A stretch of 64,000 nucleotides of DNA from Squalus acanthias. Lineage: Eukaryota. Numbering within the stretch: the stretch's first letter is position 1; each line of letters opens with the position of its first letter. Below, piece after piece: positions 1 through 10,519 of this stretch. The notes below the pieces were generated by a model. That model saw nothing but the letters and a program-made list of their open reading frames with translations. It was not told where the DNA came from and did not search any database. The stretch spans positions 46,998,001-47,062,000 of the forward strand of contig CM059432.1 of the NCBI GenBank assembly GCA_030390025.1, given 5' to 3'. The translations under genes and the position numbers were made by a program.

Positions 1-23
1 AAAAGAATTAAATTTGGCCCATT

Positions 24-757
24 GGCCCCGATATTGAAAGGGGCGTGTTGCGTAAGTGGGGGGAAGGAATTTTGGTCGGAAACCCAGAAGTCCCCGCATT
101 CTGTGGAGGTTTAACTCCACAGTGTGTGTCTTATTTCTTTCAACAGGTTCCCCGCCCAGAAGCCAGCCTGATTGGCAGGATTGGCTCCCTGTTGGGCGGG
201 GAACACTCTGGTAGAGGCCACAGCTGCAGAAGCAGGTACGGAACCTGCTGCTACGTTAGTGGGAGCTTGGTGGGGAGGGTCCTAATCTTGGGGGGGCGGT
301 CGGACCCCGGGAGGTGGGGGGGGAGTCGGATCCCCAATCCCGGGGGTGGTCTTTGGATGGAGGGTTGGGTTGGGGGGGGCCCATAGCAGGGAAGAGGTAT
401 TTTGGTGGGCTGGGAGGAAGTACTCCTGCTCCGCCTGGCCCACAAACAGAGCTGTATAGGCACTTACCTCTTCCCCCGAAGCTGTCCTCACCTCCCTTGA
501 GCTGCCGGGTTTCCCCAGGCCTGGGAAACCCGGCCAGCCAAGGTTAAACCTGTAAGGCAGGTTAAATTTGAGGCTCCCAGTCTCATTATAATATTTAAAT
601 GGCCAACCCGCCTCCTGGTAGCGGGTTGGTTGTCCGCCCCCTGTCCCACCTCCATTAAACCCAGAAGTGGATGGATTGGGGTCGGGGTTGAGATTTAAAC
701 ATTTTTATATCTCCCCTACCCCAACCCACCCATTTTTGGGGGTTAAAATTACCCCCC
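24..757. mobile_element. Harbinger-type MITE
   Basis: ATT TSD (21-23, 758-760), imperfect GG..AT(A/T)T termini, GC-rich non-coding body. Confidence 0.55.
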
Positions 758-1649
758 ATTATTTCCCACTTTTCATTTGATCTTCCACTTTAAATCTGAC
801 TTATTATTGGTATTTGTTTCTTGAAGTATGACTACTTGTCTGTCAAGGACCCGAGGACTTTCTGCTTGAGCAGGAACGACATTTGGCTTGCTTAAAGTAA
901 GAGCTTAATTTAAAAGTTGGCTTGCAATCAGCAGAAATGAGTTTGCCGATAACAGATGGCACGTATTCATTCAACACCTTGGGGTACGTATTTTAAAATG
1001 ATCACAATCCAATTTACATGCCCTGATATTTAAAATCCTTTACAATGTTTTTGGAAACTTAGTTAAACCCATGCATGTCCTCATATTGTTGCGCTACGAG
1101 TATTAAATTGGGAAGGTTCTGAATTTCAGCAGTTGTTTTTTCATTGGTTTTTAACCACTTGAAAAATAAACCATCTTTTATTCATTAAAACAATTGCAGT
1201 ACATTTGTGGTGTTGTTGGAAAGTATAATAAAGGCGCTTTGTTAACTGCAGTAAGGCAACATTACATGAATGAAATATCGGCTTGTTATGGGATAAGGCT
1301 GGCTTTTTCCACGTCTAAAGTAGGCAAATGTCACTGAGTGTTCTATCTAACATAAAGCAATGAAGTGACCATCCATCACTGGATGGTGATGGCAGTACGT
1401 GTTGTGTCCTTTGAGCACTCTCAGTACAAAGACAATTAAAAGATTTATGGTATGTCACTTTTAAGGTATTAAAAGAATTGCTAGAGGCTGCTACAAGGAA
1501 AAGTAAACAGACTTGGAAATGCAGAACAACAGTGCACTAATGCTTTACATATCAGGCCACAGCTATTGTAACATCTCACAGTGAATTGCAGACTTCAACA
1601 AGGCAATTAGGAAAAGTGTTGAGTGAGCATGCAGCCCCTCTCCTGCAAG

Positions 1650-2532
1650 GGTATGTAGCCTCGGACATAGAGGCTAACTTTTTCCTCCTGCATGAACTGT
1701 GGCGGAGGTGCGGAGATTGAAGGGGAAGAATATGTGAACTCTGGCTATTGTTACATTGTTGGATATTTACTCCAGATATATTTCTCAGGTGCAGTGTCTT
1801 GGACCTCTCCTGTCCTCATTCCCACAAAGCAGACTGTGCCTTTACCTTCCCAATATTCACAGATTGTACAGAGAACCCTCATTACTGTATTTCAATGTAC
1901 TGGTTATATTGCATGCCCTCACCCGATCCTCTTCGAGTTCAGAATTCAGCCAATTTGATTCACTCCACGTAATATCAAGAAACAGCTGAGTGTACTGGAT
2001 ACAGCAAAGGCTACGGGTCTTGACAACATTTTGGCTGTAGTGCTGAAGACCCGTGCTCTAGAATTAGCCACACTTTTAGCCAAACTGGTCCAGTACAGCT
2101 ACAACACTGGCATTGATCCGGCAATATGGAAAATTGCCGAGTTATGTCCTGTCCACAAAAAGGACCAATCCAACCCGGCCAGTTACCATCATATTAGCCT
2201 ACTCTCAATCATCAGGAAATGATGGAAGGAGTCATCAACAGTGTTCTCCAGTGGCACATACTTACCAATAACCTGTTCAGCGATGCCTAGTTTGGGTTCC
2301 ACCAGGGTCACTCAGCTCCAGACCTCATTACAGCCTTGGTCCAAACATGGACATGAGCATAATTCCAGAGATGAAGTGAAACTAACTGCCTTTGACATCA
2401 AGGCAGTATTTGACTGAGTGTCGCACCAAGGATCCCTAGTAAAACTGATGTCAATGAGGATCAGGGGGGAAATCTCCAGTGGCTGGAGTCATACCTGCAC
2501 AAAAGAAGATGGTTGTGGTCATTGGAGACCAA
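1650..2532 (+). mobile_element. Degenerate LINE RT fragment
   Basis: WKIAELCPVHKK..NPASYHHISLLS motifs with stops. Confidence 0.6.
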
Positions 2533-3376
2533 GGGCTGGATTTTGCCAGCCGCAAGGAGGCGGGTATGGAGGCGGGACTGCCGGTAAAGTTGCAGAATTT
2601 GGAGGCGGGTGGCAAGCCTGCCCCCAGCCCGCCTCCGTGCTCTCTTGCCAGGAGGCGGGAAGCCGTTCTGCCCCGGGTCCCGTCTCCTCGAGGCGGGAAA
2701 GGGATTAAATCCTATTAACTGCCTGTTAACAGGTAGTTAACAGGCAGAAAATAGGATTAGCCCCATTTTTCCATCTGAAGTGCAGGCTTCCCGACCTTGG
2801 GGAACCCCGCCGGGGTGGAAGAGTCGAGTAGGAGGTCTGCGGGGGTTGAAGGGGTCTGAAAGTGCAATGTAGAGGTGAGTGATGGGTGCAAGTGTGGAGT
2901 GGTAAGTATGTAAGGTGAGTGTAAAGTATTAGAAAATGCTCACTTACCTTTGTTTCTGCCTGCAGCCTTCAGCCGCTGTGAAGCCGGAGTCCCGACATCT
3001 CCATTGTAGATTTCACAGACTGGCTGTTGGATCCTCCGAACCAACAGCCAGGTGATTTCTGCAAAGTTGAAAGGTTTGATGACTCCTGAACACAATGACT
3101 CATCAAACTACACAGAATGTCAGTGTTTGACAGCTTCACAGAGCTGGCAAACACTGACATTTCTTCTTTCAAAAAATCTTGAAAATGGTACGTCATACGT
3201 TGACGTGCTCTGTCACTGACCTCCCCATAATTGGCCTGCTGAGCCCACTGGGCGGGCTTAACAAGGTCAATCAGGGGAAAATCTCGCTGGTTGGCCAGAA
3301 GCTGATGGAGGTGGGATTGAAAGCCAACAAGCAGCAGTCCCGCCTCCAAAAGCTTCCCATTGACAAAATCCAGCCC
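2533..3376 (+). mobile_element. MITE family A copy, inserted in a LINE fragment
   Basis: TIR GGGCTGGATTTTG..CAAAATCCAGCCC, TSD CAA; homologous to 28151-28937. Confidence 0.8.
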
Positions 3377-4379
3377 CAATAATCTCAGTCCTCAGGTCTC
3401 AATCACCTATTTAAAAGCTATTTATATTGTCATCAGAACACAATTAGTGGACTTGGTTATTTTAGAAACCATTTTAAAATATAATTCTCAAAATCTTAAT
3501 TTTCTAAGCCATTACACAGCAGAAGTCAATAAGTACATATGAAATATTAGCAAGTCTGAATGAGATATAAGTTAGTCTGTGTAAAAATAACAGTATGTTG
3601 CAATGAAGTATCACTCTGAAAGGAGAACCAGGAATTCTATGTAACAGAGGGCCAAAGTGGAAGTCAATTCTTACAGCAAATACTAACAATCACTGAAACT
3701 GCCTTAATTGACAAAATAATCAACAGAATGAGATACAACTCAATGGGGTAGTGGCAAATTTTGAAATGTGTATATTATACATCATGCAAGAAATGTTTGT
3801 CAGGGAGGGGAGTTGGGGACATATAAACCCTTTCCTCCCAAATCATTTTGATTGCTGACCGTTAATTTGCTGTATTTTGTAACATTTTGGTGTAAACATT
3901 TTAGATATAAATCAATATTATATGACATCTACGTTACAAGATTATCTTTGCTACTTTAATGCAGGTGCTAACGCGCTTATATTAAATGGGTAAACATCTC
4001 AGTTAAAATATTGAATAAAGGAACAGTAATTCCCAGGCTTTGTTTCAGTAAGATAATATATTATAGTGCAAAATATAGTTGTTCATTAAAATACCTGCCA
4101 CAGAGCCTTAAAATCTTTGGCAGATCAATGGCTGCCACCATGTGCTTTTGGAACCAGAATCATAGCCTTTGAAAAATAAAAGTGGGTGTGCTCTGTATAC
4201 CTTCCACTACATCCCTGGTACAACCATAAGAACTTAGTCACCAAACTAATAATAAAATTAATGAATAACCTGATTAATGAGTTTTCCAAATACTTTGATG
4301 CATTAGTTTATAATTTAGTTCAATGTTTTTTGTGTTGATTTTGATTTTTGCATTTCTTAGCTACATTTATATTTTGCAG

Positions 4380-4546
4380 CAATTCATTCTCAAGTCAATC
4401 TGAGCTGCAACAACATGAACTTACCAGCGATTTTGCTGATGCACAGCTCCAGAGCTTGGTGATACGTATGCGGGAAAGGACATCTCTGTATAAAGAAAAG
4501 TTGCTTGATCAGGATGGCTTTTCATCAGATGAAACTCCACCAGCCA
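4380..4546 (+). CDS. CNGB3: CNG channel beta-3 coding exon (N-terminal cytoplasmic region, ..FADAQLQSLVIRMRERTSLYKEKLL..)
   Basis: ttttgcag acceptor and gtaagt donor. Peptide resembles CNGB3 [24 protein letters not shown]. Phase-1 end joins the next exon in frame. An alternative acceptor at 4360 is possible. Confidence 0.75.
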
Positions 4547-5857
4547 GTAAGTTTAGAGGCAAAGAGCCAGTTTCGAATGGATTACGCAGCACGCATTAAT
4601 TAATCTACTATGGCATTTAATCATGGAAATTTATTAGCAATGTGTCCAGAGATAATGTAATTATTAATATGTACTAGTGTTCAGAGACTATAGTCTTGTG
4701 GAATCTTATTATGCGTTTATTTTCATCACACTAATTTTGATTTTTTAACATGATGTAGAAACAAAAGTAGCTGAGAATATTTCACAATGTTGGATTTTCA
4801 ATATTGGGAATGAAGTTTGAAGGACTAAATAGCCTTCCCTTACTTTATCAACCTCTTTTAGGGAATTGAATGAGTATGATCGAGTCCATAATAGAGTAGA
4901 TTATATATGGGTTTCAGAAGGAACAGACTTAATGAGCTAAATGGCCTTTTCTTATTCCGTGGCCTCACCTTTCCTCAGAAAGTGACTGGAGGATATGCAG
5001 TTTTGCACCGACACACAGAAAAATATAATTTTTATTCAGAAATGTGATGGTTTCAGTCAGCTGTTTGCTGAAGTTATTGGTATCTACTAAGAAAACACAT
5101 TATAAATAAGAAGTCACACAACACCTAGTTATTATAAATAGGAGCATTCACCCAAATAACAGTACGGCCAGTGTTTGATTTTCAGAAATGACAGGTAAAT
5201 TCTTGAGTCTTCCTGTTCCTCACTCTCACTTCCTGTTGTCATGCTTTAGTCATGCTTTGGTGACATTAATAATGCCTCTATGACATTTAATAATGCTTTA
5301 AGGGTAACAATAACACCTGTTTTTATTACTTTTAATAGCTAACACTGTAACACCTGTTATTAAATCCTCCCATTGAATCACTCAGCTCCACCTGCCAATT
5401 TATTTTTCTTCCATGATAAACACAATAAACACAATTCAAAGTGATTAACTGTGAGCAACATCATTGGAGATTCACTGGCAGCATTAAAATATTTTATATT
5501 TACATTTGACAAGAAGTATTTGCATCAAATTCCAAGACTGAATCACATTTGATCATAACACAAGTGTGACCCCGCTTCCCCTACCCCAAATAACCCCTCT
5601 CCGAGTCTGACTAAGCCTCTCAGTTCACCCCACCCCCACCCTATATGACTTCCCTTTACAAAGTTTGAATTCCATTGTCTGTGAAACTGTGTGAAGTCAG
5701 TCGGCCTCATGCAATGACAGGTAATCTGTGAGAGGCTATGGTACTTGCAATTGATGTTTGCGAACAAAGCAGCGGGACATCTCTATTATGTAATGTGAAT
5801 TTCTGGGTGGGAGGCTGGGTGGTGAGCATCTGGGACAGAGTCGGGAGGACTTGGGAC

Positions 5858-7462
5858 TGTAAGGGATACTCTCCTGACCCTGCGTGTCTCGTGGCCTGTG
5901 AGGTTCACGCGGCTCTGTGCAGCCTGTATGTCAGTGCGGGTCTAGGCCTGGTCTCCAGCCAGTCTGGGAACACTAGACACCCCTGTGAGTGGTTCGAATC
6001 ACTCTCCCTTACGGTTCTAGACACTGGACTTAGATGCGAGAGCAGTAATGGAGATAAAACTCATGTAGACTTGGTTTGAACGGTACGAAATGGAAAATCT
6101 TTATTGCATGATACTTAAAATTATGAAATACATGTCATATGCACAGATTAATGACAGTACAATCTTACAAACAGTTATAATCACTCTTAGGGAAACGAGG
6201 AACGACCAGCACAACGTAAATAGGGCACACATTACAAATATCCTTAAACTTTAAACCCTCCCCTATCAATAACTATCCTAAAACTAGCTTCGTAGGATCC
6301 CGAGACTCATGCTCACCACTCGTAATAACTCGGAGAAAATCCCGAATAGCTGATCGGATGTTTTTCACCGCAGCACCCACGTGTTGGTCAGGAGATCTCC
6401 TGGTCCCACTTGTTTACTGCTTCTGCTGCTCGGTCAGTCGGCTGGACCGTCCGCTGTAGTGAAGACCTCTGTTGGTTGGATACAGGGTATGGTGGAGCAC
6501 CGTTGTCAATATCGCTGATACGATGTGTTTGCACAGTCCAGTTATCATCGATGCAATATGTCTTGTTAAAGAAGAAAACTTCCTGTCGAGAAGACTTGGC
6601 TGATCGACCTACAGGCGCGGTCGGGATTTACTGACCGTGGCGATGGATAAGGTCTTCTTCTCTTCTCCTCTCATCTCATCTCATCTCATCTCATCTCATC
6701 CCGGGCCTTCGGTTCCGCTGCCAGCTACCAACATAGGTCTTTGCAACAGTCTTTTACCCAGGAGCAGCCACGATGATAACAGCAGCAAGCGGCAAGAGTC
6801 AAGAGCAAAAGAGCAAGAGTCACGAACACGAGGCAAGAGAGCGAATGGACGGTTTGGGCCTGCAATTATAGTGCACAGTTCTTCCGTTTCCCGCCCAACT
6901 ACAATGTCCATTCTTTTGTTTAAGGTTTGGCGCCCAAAAATGTCCTGTATGGGTGATCTCTGTCCTTAATGGGTTTCGGGGCTACTCCTGAATGTTTGAG
7001 TACCTGTTAATATTTCTCCCATTGTCAAATCGGTCGGTGTTCCCCCTGGAGGGGTTTGGGGCTTCCAAGTGTCCTGTATAACTACCTGCTAACGGCTCTC
7101 TCATCGTAGAGCCGTTGGGAGTTTACATATTAATGTCCTTTGGATGGGCCCTTGATGGCTTTCCTTTGTACCTGGGAGACCGATTCCAGTATCGATGTTT
7201 ATACTGTAAACCCATAATGTCCTGTGTATTGTCTTCACTGTGCTGAATCGTTATCGATCCTGCAAAAATGTTTATTGGAACGCCATCTTGTCTGCCTGCC
7301 GAAAAGTCTCGAATGTTCTGTCACGCGGTGCGGCGGCCATTTTACAGGCTGCTTGTGTCCAATTTAAACCTGACAGCATTCCGTTGAAATAAAAGCTGTT
7401 TTGAACGAAACTTGTGTTTTCTCCTTATTAAAAATGAAATCGCGATAATTGCGAATTCTACA
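5858..7462 (-). repeat. 3' LTR (1605 bp)
   Basis: Direct repeat of 16839-18443, preceded on the - strand by a polypurine tract. Confidence 0.95.
6100..6105 (-). terminator. Candidate proviral polyadenylation signal AATAAA (3' LTR; copy at 17081-17086)
   Basis: tttatt on the + strand, ~240 bp from the U5 end of the LTR. Confidence 0.55.
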
Positions 7463-7474
7463 GTCCCTCCTGTT
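7463..7474 (-). promoter_or_regulatory. Polypurine tract
   Basis: - strand AACAGGAGGGAC immediately before the TG of the 3' LTR. Confidence 0.7.
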
Positions 7475-7884
7475 GATGCGAATAACTCCGCTTATCGTAT
7501 CAAAAACTCAGTGGTGAGCAATCTTATCTCGATTTCACTCCGAATCCAGTAAATTAATCCCATAAAATTTTAACTTCACTAGGGTCTCTGTGTCGTCCTT
7601 ATTTCCCAAGAAAATCACACTTTATATCACCATAGGCATCATTTGCCCTTAAACTTACACCACTTGTTTTCCTTCCCGGCGTAACCAGGCCGATACCTCA
7701 CGCATCACCTGTATATTTATCTTTTATTCAGGGAAAGGAAAAACAAAACCAAAAACCCAACAATCAACACCATCACCAAAATAAACAAATCCCAACTCTT
7801 AAACATGTCGAGTTTCCAACGTATTTACACTGAGTACAAACTTCCGCGGCGCACGTGGCGAGCGGGAGTGACGCCATTTTCCCA

Positions 7885-10236
7885 TTACACTGCGCTCTCA
7901 TCGTGCACGCGCACGTAACGTTCTCGCCACTCTCCCGTGTTCTCATGCTTGGTGAGGCGCTTGTCTCTTTTACAATGTATGAACAAAAGGTATACTACAA
8001 TAAACACTTGACAGACGACTAAAATGTGGGAGGCTATTCTGACCCATGAGGGCACTTCAATATTCGTGAACAGATTCCACCACGGTGGAACCACTATGTC
8101 CAAAATGTCTGTACCTATCTCGACAGTTTTCTGCTCTAAGGTATAAAAATGCTTTTGTGACACCGCGACGGCTTTCAGAAGTTTGGTTAAATGCTCGGGG
8201 AGAGGGGGAATGAGGTACCCAAAATGTGCGACAAATCGCTGCAAGTCGGTACAATTCTCTTTTACTGTGAGATGAACAGTGGATGGTTCAGGGATTGGGA
8301 TAATTCGCTGTTGTGCTACTTGAACTTCAGCCCTGGGTTTAAAACAGAAACTGCTGTCACTCACCGGACACCGGCTACGGTTTCCATGCTGGTAGTGTTG
8401 CGCTGCAGTGGTAACACAATATGTTCCACCCCCGATGTATGCTACCTGCGGAGGCACATGATCTTGGGCCATTGCCTCCATGGTGCAATTCATGGACTTG
8501 GCGCCAGCCGTTCTGAACCCGCACTGTGGTGTTAAAAAGGCATTCAAGTGCTGGGGGCACAGTATTATGTGTGCTCCCCTGCCACGACAACCAGAGAGAT
8601 CTGTACCTGTCATCGTTTGCTCCCAGCGGATGACGTAAGGTGGAACCGCTGCATAACGAATGTGGGCTCCCCCCTGAATGACACCAATGTTCTCTACCCG
8701 ATACACCGGGGCGGGCTTTGCTGTGTTGCCCAAAACCGGCATGCGTAATACTATTCCCATAATAGTATGGTTTGAACGTCCGCAGTCCACGGGGACTGGG
8801 TAAGCTTCTGAAGCTAGCCTGAGCTGGCACGGACTTAATGCATTCTGAAAAGGGTGGAGCGCCCGCAGGTGTTTGTTACTTATCCAGGACGGGACCAAAC
8901 CTTGTTTTAAATCCTCCAAATTACTGCGGCCCTCGCCCAGTAACCACGCCCCGTAAAGCACGCACACCTCGTTCTGCGCAGCTTGATCGGATGCATTCCG
9001 ATCTTCCCTAATCAGGGCATTTACCGTACGCGCATGTTTCTCCAGCTCTGCTATAATCTCTTTTAAGTGTAGTGTCATGGCTTGGTCCTCGTGCAGACCC
9101 GACCCTACCACTTTATTCTCATCTGTAAGAATATCCTTTAACTGTGTTTTTAAACCATTAATCTGGGTCTGCAGCTCCACACTGTCTAGAGCGTTGACCA
9201 CAGATGTCCCTGTGTTAAAAGCAGTGAACGCATCGTTCACCAAACCCCTTCTTTGCCTCCCTACTTGGTCCAAAACTTCCTGCGGTGCGGTGTATAAACT
9301 TGTCTTATCGATTTCTGCAAAATCAAACTCGTAAAATTGCCTGAACATCTTGGTCAACAGGACCTGGTACAACTGTTCCGTCTTTTTGGGGCACCACTCT
9401 GGTAACCGTACCTCAGTGAGATTTAAAATCACCGAGGCCACCGCGTAATGTACCCCCTGAAATAGTATCTGGTCTGTGGGGACCAGTACCAAACCGTTCC
9501 CGGGTCCCTTACTAGTTTTAGGGCACCCTTCCTCTTCAGTTAGAACCACCGGAATCGTGGGCGGGGCTTTGCGTGGGCGCGTAATGAGCTCAGTGGCATT
9601 TACTGGGATCGGAGAGTATGGGGCTCCGCACCCCCTGGTGCTCGCATCCCACCTCATCCCCTGTCCGTTATCCTGCCACTGGTTAATAAAGAATATGGAG
9701 ATGCCTTTGGGGCAAACGTACTTTGACCCCCACATACAAACATAAATCCCCTCATCTGGTTCCCACCATTTGTCCCAACAGACTTTCACTTGTCCATCTG
9801 TCCCCGTAATTGTCCGATGGGTATTATTACCCAGTCGCTCCCACTCAACCGAAGAGTTCCTCATAGTTTTGCTCAGCTTTCGCAGCCACCACCATCGGCT
9901 CAATGGGACATTCCCACTGCAGGTCAAACAAATCCGTTTGCCGACGGTGACGCTGATCCTGGGTGCGATGATCCGTACTTTGGGGCACATTAAAGAAGTC
10001 TCTTTGTAGGCGAACCCCGATGTGCTGGAATACTCCGTTGAGTTCGTTCCCAGCCATCCTGGCCACCTTCCCTTGTGGAAATAGGTGCTGGTCCCTTCTG
10101 CCTTCCGTCTTCCGGTTCCATCCACCGCGATGGGGGCCGTGTCCCCGGAACATCCAAACACCACGACATCCTTGGTGAGGCCCCGATAGGCCAATCCACA
10201 TCCGATTGCCACGAGCAAAACTAGAAGTCGTTCCAT
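7885..10236 (-). CDS. env: Envelope glycoprotein (783 aa): signal peptide, Ig-like domain, RQRR furin site, class I F-like fusion subunit, TM anchor
   Basis: Hydrophobic N-terminus, RQRR|GLVNDAF, heptad repeats, Cys-rich region, C-terminal TM; splice acceptor (tctgatcacag) 13 nt upstream of the ATG. Confidence 0.85.
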   Translation of the reverse strand: MERLLVLLVAIGCGLAYRGLTKDVVVFGCSGDTAPIAVDGTGRRKAEGTSTYFHKGRWPGWLGTNSTEYSSTSGFAYKETSLMCPKVRIIAPRISVTVGKRICLTCSGNVPLSRWWWLRKLSKTMRNSSVEWERLGNNTHRTITGTDGQVKVCWDKWWEPDEGIYVCMWGSKYVCPKGISIFFINQWQDNGQGMRWDASTRGCGAPYSPIPVNATELITRPRKAPPTIPVVLTEEEGCPKTSKGPGNGLVLVPTDQILFQGVHYAVASVILNLTEVRLPEWCPKKTEQLYQVLLTKMFRQFYEFDFAEIDKTSLYTAPQEVLDQVGRQRRGLVNDAFTAFNTGTSVVNALDSVELQTQINGLKTQLKDILTDENKVVGSGLHEDQAMTLHLKEIIAELEKHARTVNALIREDRNASDQAAQNEVCVLYGAWLLGEGRSNLEDLKQGLVPSWISNKHLRALHPFQNALSPCQLRLASEAYPVPVDCGRSNHTIMGIVLRMPVLGNTAKPAPVYRVENIGVIQGGAHIRYAAVPPYVIRWEQTMTGTDLSGCRGRGAHIILCPQHLNAFLTPQCGFRTAGAKSMNCTMEAMAQDHVPPQVAYIGGGTYCVTTAAQHYQHGNRSRCPVSDSSFCFKPRAEVQVAQQRIIPIPEPSTVHLTVKENCTDLQRFVAHFGYLIPPLPEHLTKLLKAVAVSQKHFYTLEQKTVEIGTDILDIVVPPWWNLFTNIEVPSWVRIASHILVVCQVFIVVYLLFIHCKRDKRLTKHENTGEWRERYVRVHDESAV

Positions 10237-10519
10237 CCTTCCTTGGTTCCTGTGATCAGATAGAATGAGGTAGCCAGCCTCGCAAAAAGTCTCTGGCTTT
10301 TGTGAAGGGTGAGCGGGTCCCCTGACCTCGCCTCACGTAAACTTCAACGTTTGCTAAATAGACTTCCTCTAAACCTAGCCTTAAAACTCCCATCATTTTA
10401 TCGTTATCTGTTAAAACACTACAAACTTAAACTTATTAAAACTACTTAAAACTTTAAACTAAAACCTAAAACCTTAAACTAATAACTTTACAATGCCGCC
10501 CGTTCTCAGGGCGGCCCCT

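Noticed and set aside
5987..6004. tRNA gene suggested by GGTTCGAATC
   Set aside because: No A-box or cloverleaf around it; it lies inside the LTR
5738..6969. + strand ORFs (113, 74, 110 aa) and a 71-aa - strand ORF in the LTR, duplicated at 16872-17950
   Set aside because: Non-ATG starts, run through (TCTCA)n and GCAAGA repeats, no recognisable motifs; duplication only reflects the LTRs
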